Positions 53,711-64,000 of a stretch of 64,000 nt of DNA are shown here, piece after piece (the first letter of the stretch is position 1; each line of letters starts with the position of its first letter). The position numbers and the translations under genes were made by a program. The notes under the pieces were generated by a model. It ran no database searches. It saw nothing but the letters and a program-made list of their open reading frames with translations, and had not been told where the DNA came from. The DNA comes from Narcine bancroftii (Eukaryota), in assembly GCF_036971445.1 (NCBI RefSeq), contig NC_091476.1:26164001-26228000 (forward strand). The letters run 5' to 3'.

Positions 53711-56700
53711 AAAGATATATTTTTTTTTCCGTACAGGGAAAATAACACTGTGTGTTGGCTTTTGGTGGTGTGATGGGTACGGGTACTGGAGGAGTACTCT
53801 CTCTGAAGCGATCGTTAAATGGAATCGACTGCACAGAAGCAGGCCTTTTGGCCTTTCAACCCCACGTTGGTGTTGATCTTCCCCTCCTGATCCACCGCTT
53901 CAACTTCAATACATCATTGCCATGTACGTTCAATGTGGCAAATAGGGCCAGGATTTTGTTTTTGTACGTGTAAATACTTTGGCTATTGAATAGTATTTGT
54001 TGTGGAACAACCAAGCTTCTCCACGTGTGCCTACTTTTATTTCAAAATGCGAATGCTGAAATACTCAGCAAGTCACGCAACATCTGCGATGAGGAAAACC
54101 TATTCATTTGACCAGTCTGCAGAGATGTAATTTTACCTGAATATTTATGTTCCTGCTTATAGTTCAGATCTCTGGTATTCAGGTTCTTATTTTTGCATTA
54201 CTGCCCTTTTTACTCTCCTCAAAGATTTTAAGGTGTCACGGGTTATCAAATGTACCCTTTATTGTCACCTAATAATTAATTAATAATGTAACATACATGA
54301 TATATTTCAACGTTTGTCTATGGTAAGACAAACGGATGCATTGCCCTGAACCCATTACAATAGGAGAAAGAGAAGCAAAACAGCCCCTTCAGAGGCACTA
54401 TATGTTTGTGGCTCCTGCAGCTTTAAAGTCTCTAGTTCAAACCATTGATGACTCGATCTCCAGATCCAGACCTCTGATATGATCAGTAAGCTTTCAGCGT
54501 CCGAGGCCCTTCAGGAACCCTTCTTGCATTCAGCACCTTCTCAAATCCCAGTTCCGATACCTGGTTTCAAGATTCAATTTATTATCGTAGTAATAAAACA
54601 GAGTCACATTGCATGAAATTTCATTTTGCCTGCTGCAAGGCAGACAGATTCTCCACTGACAGAAACTACCAAAGCGCATCTTTCAGTCTTGCAGTCAGAG
54701 AGAGAGAAACAAAAGAGAGTTCCCCCAGTGTCCATAGATTCGCCTCCAGCGCTTCCGCAGTCCCCACAGCCACAGAGAGTCCAGTCCAAACCATTCAAGC
54801 TCCAGATCCGAACCTCTGACACGGTCAGGAATCCTTCAGCACCCTCCTCGTATCCCGGATCCAATATCTGGCACCCCTCCAGCCAATCTCCAGCAGTCCT
54901 CAGCCTACCACGAGTCTCCCAAAAGCAGTCTTCAGCAGCCCACAGTTTCCAGGGGTACCTCACCTCGAGTTGCTAGCAGCCCACCGCATGCACTAGTCCC
55001 TTAGTCATAGAGCTCCCTCACTGGTCTACTGCCATGGTCACCGACACTGTGGGTCATCTCCGTTTCTTCTCAGACATGGGGATAATCTTCCCATCATCTG
55101 GTGTCCTCCACCAGTCCTCCACTTCCCCAGAGTCTGCAGCTCCTCGTGGCTGCTGCCGATTAATAAGGGCCACCATCTTGGGCGCAGACCCACTGTCGCA
55201 GGATTTCAACTAAAACCACAGCTCTCTCAAAGCCCATGGGACGGTAGTTGACTGGGCGGATGGACCCTGCGGGAGCTCCCCGCGGGTCTGCACCAGCAGC
55301 AGTGCTGCCAATATAACAGCTTTGGCTTGCTCCAACTTGAGTCAATCTCAAGCAACCTGCAGCCTGTGTGGGTCTGTCGACTGCAAGTTGCCAACAGCCT
55401 GCAGCCTGTGTGGGTCCTTCACCCACTGAGCCCCCCGCTGATTGGCTGCTGTGGTCACTGTCCTATAGGGCTGTCTCCAATGCTTCTTCTCATTGAGGGC
55501 TTTTCTCCCATTTCTGTTGCCCTGCACTGAGCTCCTGGAGTCTGCCTTTGTAGAACTCTGTCCAGCACAGATGCTGCCATCTTGGGCACAGACCTATGTG
55601 GATGCAGGATTATGTAAAAAATACACTAACAGGTTGTTTAAAGCCTGTTCAGAGATGTCTGCATCAGGGCTGGGCAATAGGACCCTGCGGAGCAATGCTC
55701 TGTTTCCGCTTCCAGTTTTCCCGCGTTCATATCGGCGGCAGTCTGTCATTGCAGCAACTCTCGCAACACAGTCATTTTCTTTTTGAAGAGTACATTTCTT
55801 GCTTGTTTTTCAATAGAAAAGAAATATAGCCTGCTCAGTCTTTCCTGGTAGTTAAATCCTTTTAATTATCATTAGCTTTAATAGGCTTCTCCACTTTATC
55901 TCTAATAAATTTTGAAGAATCCAGAATAGAACTGTACATGTACAGTATAGCCCAAGGTTTTTAATATTACTTGCCTACTTTTGTATCGAGTTCTTCTTTT
56001 AGTGAACTGTATTTGGCTAATTCCATGAGTTTCACTTTATTACTAAATCAAGAACAAGAAATATATTTTGTTTTTTAGCATATGATCTCAAAATTCTTAT
56101 TGAAGTGAGCTGCACCTATTTTGTTCAATTGATTCTTCACACACTTCAACAAATCCATCTATTTTTGCCTCTCAGGAATTTGTGTAACATGAGTGCAGGC
56201 TTCAATCTTTTTGTGCATCTGCTGTCAAATGGAAAAAATGATGAGACTTTTTTGTTGCCATTTCCTTGCGTTTAAGACAAATGTAGTATTTTCATCTTCC
56301 TCTTTCAAAATTAAGAACATTCTGCCCTATATCTTTTTCCATTCTTGGATTGAGAGACAACAAATGATTTTACGTCTGATATCTAGAATTGGCAAAGGTT
56401 GCTAGGGAGTTGCGTAGGATGTCATCCTAATTAAGTCAGTTTGGATAATTTTGTGATACTTTTCTTTAAATTGAAAGACTGAAGTATGTGATCATACTCT
56501 GTGTCAGAGCTTTGTATGCAGTGTTTTCTCACTCATTTGTATCATTTGAAATATTCTGTTTAAGTAAATGCTTAAGATTGCAAAACTCTCCTCCAACAGT
56601 TATTTTACCTAAATCAGCAATGAGTTTGAAAATGCCCAGAGTGCCTCTTTCACCCCTAACTGTAAGAAAATTAATAACAGCTGACACGACTCACTGGTGC

Positions 56701-59700
56701 TACTTAATATACACTTTGCTCACTCAATGCCACGATTAAAAATTAGCTAGCAATCTACCTCTTCTGATAGGGTTGAATGCAGGCACTGTTTCAAATGGAT
56801 TAATATTAAATTATTTATGACCATAGAAACTTTTGAGGTAAAGCATTTTGCTAGATTATGAGTTCCAGAGGATGCTCCTGGCTTTATAACTTGTGAGTTC
56901 AGGTTTTCAAGATTTTTTGACAGGATGGTATATCTATTTTAAATAATACTGTACAGGAAATTGGCAGATGTAGGAGAACTGTTAGAATTCTGATTGTAAA
57001 GTTGTTTTTTTTTAAATTTTGTTTTAGTAACTGTCCTTTTTTTTGCAAACATTGGTCTATTTCTGTAGTAAAACATGAAAGTGGTTAAGGTGAAAACACA
57101 ATGCTGGAGAAACTCAGCCGGTCAATCAGGGTACTTTATATAGGAAAGATAAAGATATATAACCAATGTTTCGGGCTTGAGGCCTTCATCAAGTAATTGG
57201 GATAGTGTGACGAGTGATCTTGTTGGCATATATAATGAAAAGGACCATTGTTATGTTCAAGAGAATGTAGCAGAGATGCAGTTTCTTTTCCCATCAAGGC
57301 AGTTTCTAAAAGAGAAACACAAACTCTGTACATGTTTCAATCTCGAGCAAGCAATGAGCTGCTGCAGAAACTCAGCGGATCAAGAAGTGTCAATCGACAT
57401 TTTGTGTTGGGACCCTTTATACTGAGACTGACCACATCTAGATAAAGGGTCTGATCTGAAACATTGACTGACCATTTCTATTCATGGGTGCTGCTTGGCC
57501 CACTCAGTTCCTTCAGCAGCTCATTGTTTGCTGTTCAGTAACTTAAAAGAAATTTGAAATGTTTTGATATCTTGAGCTCCATGCTCTACCAAGGCATGAT
57601 GCCTGTCTCTTGAAGAGATTTCTGAAAGCTTTATCTTGTTTAAGGTCCTGGAGATGCTTGTGATCACTAAGTCTTCACTGTTGATACCGAGCAATTACTG
57701 AGTGAAAAATATCAATGGCCTTTTCTGCTAATCCATGGATGGTGGGAGGATGGAAGCAGTAATACCTTATACTATACATTTATTAGCTATATAATCTCCA
57801 TTTCTTTCAGGTACAAGCAGAAGGGTGTGATGACACAAGTGTAACATTCATATTGCATGATGAAGACCACACTCTTGGGAATTCCCTACGATATATGATC
57901 ATGAAGAAGTACGTTGATTATCTTTGGTTAAATTACATTTATTAGTCACATTACTCTTAAGTCAGAATATATTCCTAATGTCATTGTCCAGTATCTTGAC
58001 CCAGCTTCCTTGGCTAGCAGTGCTAATATACCTTCACTGACTTGTTCCCTAGGTGTCCTTGGGTCATAAACCATCCTTCAATGCAAGGGGTCTCTTACAT
58101 ATACCTTTTGAATGTTTTCTTATGCCTTCATTTGAATCTCAGAACAAAACTAGATTTCACTCAATTATCACTTCATATTTTAAATCATTTTTACAATTGT
58201 TAAAAATTCAATGTGAACTCCTGTACTAATGAACAACGGCTGAAGTATCAAGGGATATTTTACATAAGCAATTAGTGAGTCCAGGCCCAATAAATATCCA
58301 TAGTTGGAAACTTATGGGAGAAGAAAAGATTGAACAAAGAATCATTCTTCCTTAAATATCAACCTCCTAGCCCTCGATCTACAATTTTGGCTTCAAAGTC
58401 TAATTTATGCTATGAAAGCTGCAAATAACAGCAGTTGATCCAAAAGGCAGGGATGCATTGGTTGTACTACACAAATAGAATTAAGCCATCTAATTCATTG
58501 TTCTAAAAGCAAGAGAGTACAGATGCTTTATTATCTGAAATAACAACAGAACATACTAGTGACGTTCAGCAGGTCAGACAGCAACTATGCAGAGCAAAAC
58601 AATTCAGTTTTCTGAACTGGTAAACTTTGGGATGAGAGTAGTTTTCACTTGTGGAGAATGGTGAGGTCAGAAGAGAAATTTAGTAGCCAGATTCACACAA
58701 GGAGGAACTGAATGGCAAAATCAGTGGAGATGTCATCTGAAAGAATGTGGTGGCAAAACATAGGTGTGAAGGGTATGTAATAGGAAATCTAAAATCTCGT
58801 ATGTCTTTGAACATCAAATCTAATGGATTAATTTAATCTTATCTTTATGACTGATGTGAGTCAGTTTGTTTACATTTGTTATTTCATCGGATGCAAAGAT
58901 CGACAACGAGATAGACAACAGACTCGCCAAGGCAAATAGCGCCTTTGGAAGACTACACAAAAGAGTCTGGAAAAACAACCAACTGAAAAACCTCACAAAG
59001 ATTAGCGTATACAGAGCCGTTGTCATACCCACACTCCTGTTCAGCTCCAAATCATGGGTCCCTTACCGGCATCACCTACGGCTCCTAGAACGCTTCCACC
59101 AGCGTTGTCTCCGCTCCATCCTCAACATTCATTGGAGCAACTTCATCTCCAACATCAAAGTACTCGAGATGGCAGAGGCCGACAGCATCGAATCCACGCT
59201 GCTGAAGATCCAACTGCGCTGGGTAGGTCATGTCTCCAGAATGGAGGACCATCGCCTTCCCAAGATCGTGTAATATGGCGAGCTCTCCACTGGCCACCGA
59301 GACAGAGGTGCACCAAAGAGGTACAAGGACTGCCTAAAGAAAGCTCTTGGTGCCTGCCACATTGACCACCGCCAGTGGGCTGATATCGCCTCAAACCGTG
59401 CATCTTGGCGCCTCACAGTTCGGCGGGCAGCAACCTCCTTTGAAGAAGACCGCAGAGCCCACCTCACTGTCAAAAGACAAAGGAGGAAAAACCCAACCCC
59501 AACCCACCAATTTTCCCTTGCAACCGCTGCAACCGTGTCTCCCTGTCCCGCATCGGACTTGTCAGCCACAAACGAGCCTGCAGCTGACGTGGACATTACC
59601 CCTCCATAAATCTTCGTCCGCGAAGCCAAGCCAAAGAAAAAAAAAAGAAGAAAAACATGTTTTATGCTCTGTACAGTTTATTTTTTGCACTACCAATTAG

Positions 59701-61438
59701 TGGTGATCCTGCCGCCCCCGCAGGAAAAAGAAATTTCAGGGTTGTATGTGATGTCGTATATGTACTCTGAGAATAAATCTGAAATCTTCCCTGGGTTTGA
59801 AAACTATTTTTATGTGAGTTTTTAATGACATTTATAATTCCTTTATCAATTTTTGTTCTCTGCTTCTCCCTGACTACTATTGCCTTACAGTACATCAACT
59901 AACTCACCATTTATTTGCTGATTTTTTTTTTTCCCCCTCTGTTTTAAATGTTTCCTGAGTTGGATTATTCCACTTGATTGGTTGAAGTCTTAAAGCTAGT
60001 TCAAATCTTTTCCAGAGACAGTTGAACTCTGTCTAAAGCAATGGTTCTCAACCTTTTCCTTTCCACTCACATACCACTTTAAGCATTCCTTATGCCATAG
60101 GTGCTCTGTGATTAGTAAGGAATTGCTTAAGGTGGTATGTGGGTGGAAAGAAAAAGTTTGAAAACCACTGTTTTAAATCATGCCTAATTGACTCATTATG
60201 TGCACAGTTTCATAACTCTAAAGGAAATGGGCCAATGACAATTTTTCTCAAGCAAAATATTTCAGTAACAATTTGGTCTAGAGCAGCAGTTCTCAACTTT
60301 TTCTTCCCTCTCACATACCACCTTAAGCAATCCCTTACTAATCACAGACCACTGATTGCATAGAGATTGCTTAAAATAGTATGTAGTGGAAAGAAAAAGG
60401 TTGAGAACCACTGGTCTAAAGCTGTTAGCAAGATAAATTATGATCTTTTTAATGCTGATATGCCACATCTTTGACCTTTGACTGGGTGAGAGAGCAGGAA
60501 AAAAACTCTAGGAATGGAGAGGAAAAGGATGCAGATCTGGAGGAAAGGAGATGGGGAGGGAAAGAGAGATGGAAAAGTTTGGCAGTGCATGAGGCCATGG
60601 ACACTTACGTTGGTGGGGAATAGGGTGTGGAATTAAAATAGTTGACCACTGGAAGGTCCCCATTATTGCATCTAAATGTGCCAGACCACAACCGCTGTAC
60701 CCCTTGTCTGTGGGTTTGAAAGTGAAATTGAGATTGGTGCAGAGAATGGGGGGGGGCAGAGCATTCCAAGGGGTGAGATTAGAATAAATGAAGTACAAGG
60801 ATGCTGCTTGGATTGAGAGCATGCATTATGAGGATAGGTTGAGTGAACTTAGTCTTTCCTCTTTGGAATGATGGAGGATGAGGGAGTGACCTAATAGATG
60901 TGTATAATGAAATGCTTTGATCGTGTGGATGACCAGATACTTTTTCCAGGGTTGATGCAGCTAACAGTAGCCTGAATCATTGTATTGTTTCATCTACACT
61001 TTAGTTTTGGCTTCTCTCTCCCTGATGAAGTGAGCTACATAGTTTCAGTAACATTGTGATTTGAGAGAGTGATTTGGCATCAAGTAGTCTATTTCCATTT
61101 ATAGAAAGCACACATTGAGCAGGTGTCCTACTCAAGTACAGTTCATTCCTTTCCCTTATTTCACTTGACCATGATTAATTCACTTAAAATATTGTTCAAC
61201 TTTACTTTGACGGTATTTCAGAATTTCTGAGTAGCACTAATGAGCAAAGAAAAATACTCGAGTTGAAGTCAAGAAATTATTTTTTCCAAACGCCCCTTTT
61301 GAATACCGAATTATAGTCTGAGTACAAATTGTTTTAATACTCATGTTTTTTGTTTCCTCAGCCCGGAGGTAGAATTTTGTGGCTACAGCATCACTCATCC
61401 GTCAGAAAGCAAAATTAATTTTAGGATTCAAACAAGAG
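53667..61438 (+). CDS. POLR1D: DNA-directed RNA polymerases I and III subunit RPAC2 (AC19), 5' part; exons 53667-53708, 57811-57908, 61362-61438; last exon not found in this window
   Basis: [14 protein letters not shown]|[33 protein letters not shown]|[26 protein letters not shown]; RPB11/AC19 signature EDHTLGN...Y..HP. Confidence 0.93.
54250..55180 (-). repeat. Two related unclassified interspersed repeat copies in tandem
   Basis: Shared blocks TTTATT..., GAGAAGCAAAACAG/GAGAAACAAAAGAG and CTCCAGATCC..ACCTCTGA at 54.3-54.5 kb and 54.6-54.85 kb. Confidence 0.45.
57811..57908 (+). CDS. POLR1D: POLR1D exon 2
   Basis: tttcag|GTACAA...AAGAA|gtacgt; [32 protein letters not shown]. Confidence 0.95.
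58881..59655 (+). mobile_element. RTE-clade LINE, 5'-truncated, in POLR1D intron 2
   Basis: [30 protein letters not shown]...; one premature stop; A-rich tail. Confidence 0.93.
60039..60413. mobile_element. hAT MITE of the same family as 3964-4337
   Basis: CAATGGTTCTCAACC...GGTTGAGAACCACTG termini; perfect 8-bp TSD GTCTAAAG at 60031 and 60414. Confidence 0.9.
61362..61438 (+). CDS. POLR1D: POLR1D exon 3
   Basis: ctcag|CCCGGAG...AAGAG|gtaatt; (N)[25 protein letters not shown]. Confidence 0.95.
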
Positions 61439-62603
61439 GTAATTCCTGTTACATTTACGATCCATTAGAGAATTTCACAATTTTTTTCTGTTTTGCATTT
61501 CTGAGATAAAAGTACATGAACAAGTATATCCTTCTACACACTGTATCGCAGAATAATAGGCAGTCTTGATCCTCTTCAATTTTCTTTTATTTCCTCCATG
61601 GGACGAGTCTTCTGACTGTTAAACTTTGGTTTCTTTAAACTTCCATATTAGTTTCCTTTGGAAAGCAACTACCTCTCTCATTCTCTTTTGCTGGCATTCA
61701 TGCTCTCCATGATCTTTAACCCACTCTCCTCTTAAATTTTAGATTTAGACATACAGCATAGTAACAGGCCCTTCTGACCCATGAGCCAGTGCACCCCAAT
61801 TAACCTCTAATCCCCGTCGGTTTTGAGAGGAGGAAGAAAACCCACACAGACAAGAACGTACAAGCTCCTTACTGACAGCGCCAGATTTAAATCCAAGTCG
61901 CTGGTGCTGTAATAGCATTATATTAACCACAATGAACTGTATTTCTTCCCCTGCTTTCTCCCTTAAAAATCTTGAAACCTTGAGCCTCCCTGTATTCTTA
62001 AAGTTTCCTGTGTGAATTCCTCTAATTCTCGGGAAGATCATCGTTACAAATGACAGCTTCTATTTGATAATTAACTCTCTCCTGAAACAGGACATTTATA
62101 TGACGTTGAACACAATTTATCATCCCCCATCACAATTTCACTATTGCCATTGTCTGATGAAGTTGCTTTGTCGATTATAACCCATGCCTCTACTGTAATT
62201 CTGACTTGTCCATGTGAATTTAACTGATACATCTCTAATTCCAGCCCTTAAACTGATCTCTAGAATATTCCAATGCTTCCAGGTTATTCCTCATTGACAT
62301 CATCCTCAGAGAAGTGGATGATCTTAATTATTTGCGTGAGTACAAGTTGATTGCACCACAAGTACTATTCATGATTCTTTGAGTGCTCCCTGCTATCAGA
62401 GTGCAACCAAACTACAAGTCTAGCTGCTTCCAATTTGACAGTATTAAATATCCTCCCTTCCACCTGCTGCTTGATTTCTTCATTGCCAATTGTTCAAGTT
62501 CAACTAGATGTACTTGTTTAACCCTGAGTTGATCTCTGAAACATGGCTTCAAAATCATGGTGAGATCTGTTTTCTAGTATTTATTGCAGCTCTATACTAG
62601 TGA

Positions 62604-63705
62604 GGTCTTTCATGGCCATGAAAGACCTCAACAATGAAGACTCTGTTTAGATCCGGTACCGCACGGATGGCAGTCTCTTCAATCTGAGGCGCCTGCAAGC
62701 TCACACCAAGACACAAGAGCAACTTGTCCGTGAACTACTCTTTGCAGACGATGCCGCTTTAGTTGCCCATTCAGTGCCAGCTCTTCAGCGCTTGACGTCC
62801 TGTTTTGCGAAAACTGCCTGAAGAAAACTGAGGTCCTCCATCAGCCAGCTCCCCACCATGACTACCAGCCCCCCCCACATCTCCATCGGGCACACAAAAC
62901 TCGAAACGGTCAACCAGTTTACCTATCTCGGCTGCACCATTTAATCGGATGCAAGGATCGACAACGAGATAGACAACAGACTCGCCAAGGCAAATAACGC
63001 CTTTGGAAGACTACACAAAAGTGTCTGGAAAAACAACCAATTGAAAAACCTCACAAAGATAAGCGTATACAGAGCCGTTGTCATACCCACACTCCTGTTC
63101 GGCTCCGAATCATGGGTCCTCTAGCGGCATCACCTATGGCTCCTAGAACGCTTCCACCAGCATTGTCTCCGCTCCATCGTCAACATTCATTGGAGCGACT
63201 TCATCCCTAACATCGAAGTACTCGAGATGGCAGAGGCCGACAGCATCGAATCCACGCTGCTGAAGATCAAACTGCGCTGGGTAGGTCACGTCTCCAGAAT
63301 GGAGGACCATCGCCTTCCCAAGATCGTGTTATATGGCGAGCTCTCCACTGGCCACCGTGACAAGAGGTGCAGCAAAGAGGTACAAGGACTGCCTAAAGAA
63401 AGCTCTTGGTGCCTGCCACATTGACCACTGCCAGTGGGCTGATATCGCCTCAAACCGTGCATCTTGGCGCCTCACAGTTCGGCGGGCAACAACCTCCTTT
63501 GAAGAAGACCGCAGAGCCCACCTCACTGACAAAAGACAAAGGAGGAAATACCCAACACCCAACCCCAACCAACTAATTTTCCCTTGCAACCGCTGCAACC
63601 GTGTCTGCCTGTCCCGCATCGGACTTGTCAGCCACAAACGAGCCTGCAGCTGACGTGGATGTTACCCCTCCATAAATCTTCGTCCGCAAAGCCAAGCCAA
63701 AGAAA
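62604..63705 (+). mobile_element. RTE-clade LINE, 5'-truncated, in POLR1D intron 3
   Basis: [20 protein letters not shown]...LLFADDAAL...[13 protein letters not shown] with stops and frameshifts; TSD TATACTAGTGA at 62593 and 63706. Confidence 0.93.
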
Positions 63706-64000
63706 TATACTAGTGAACTTCTGTTTCCAAATATAGCAGAAAATGTTTCAGTTTCATCCCTAAAAATGTTGCCTTCCATAGTCAATGTTTGTTTTTCTCT
63801 TCTCATCCCAATAATACTGAAGTACCCTGATTATCAGTGTTGCTCCATTCTGCTAAATCAACACCAATGCTGAGACCCTTGTGCTTCATTGTAGGTAAAA
63901 CTCAATACAATACCTCAATGCAGATTTGTTTACCCATTGGACAACTTTATATAAAAATATTGTATATATTGCCATGTTTCCTTCAACAAGCCGAGATTTT

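Overview
Vertebrate genomic DNA, most likely a cartilaginous fish (ray or shark; inferred only from the repeat content). It contains four spliced protein-coding genes. (1) The last five coding exons of NSDHL (+, 5916-9971). (2) A complete 8-exon SLAIN-family gene (+, 14102-30516) whose last intron is GC-AG. (3) A complete VAMP7 (-, CDS 36049-51723, 220 aa). (4) The first three coding exons of an intron-containing POLR1D/RPAC2 (+, 53667-61438), which shares a bidirectional CpG promoter with VAMP7. Introns and intergenic DNA carry four near-identical 5'-truncated RTE LINEs, plus Rex1-like, CR1, L1 and Penelope-like remnants, tRNA-type SINEs, hAT, Tc1 and Chapaev-like DNA transposon remnants, and a solo LTR. 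There are also two GC-rich minisatellites (18 bp x ~51 and 32 bp x ~50), two long inverted repeats and one N-gap. I found no convincing wholly new biological system. The most notable points are the A>G-shifted birth of a minisatellite from a LINE, the GC-AG intron that controls the SLAIN C-terminus, an in-frame uORF in the SLAIN leader, the intron-containing POLR1D next to VAMP7, and a fold-back palindrome at an RTE 5' junction.
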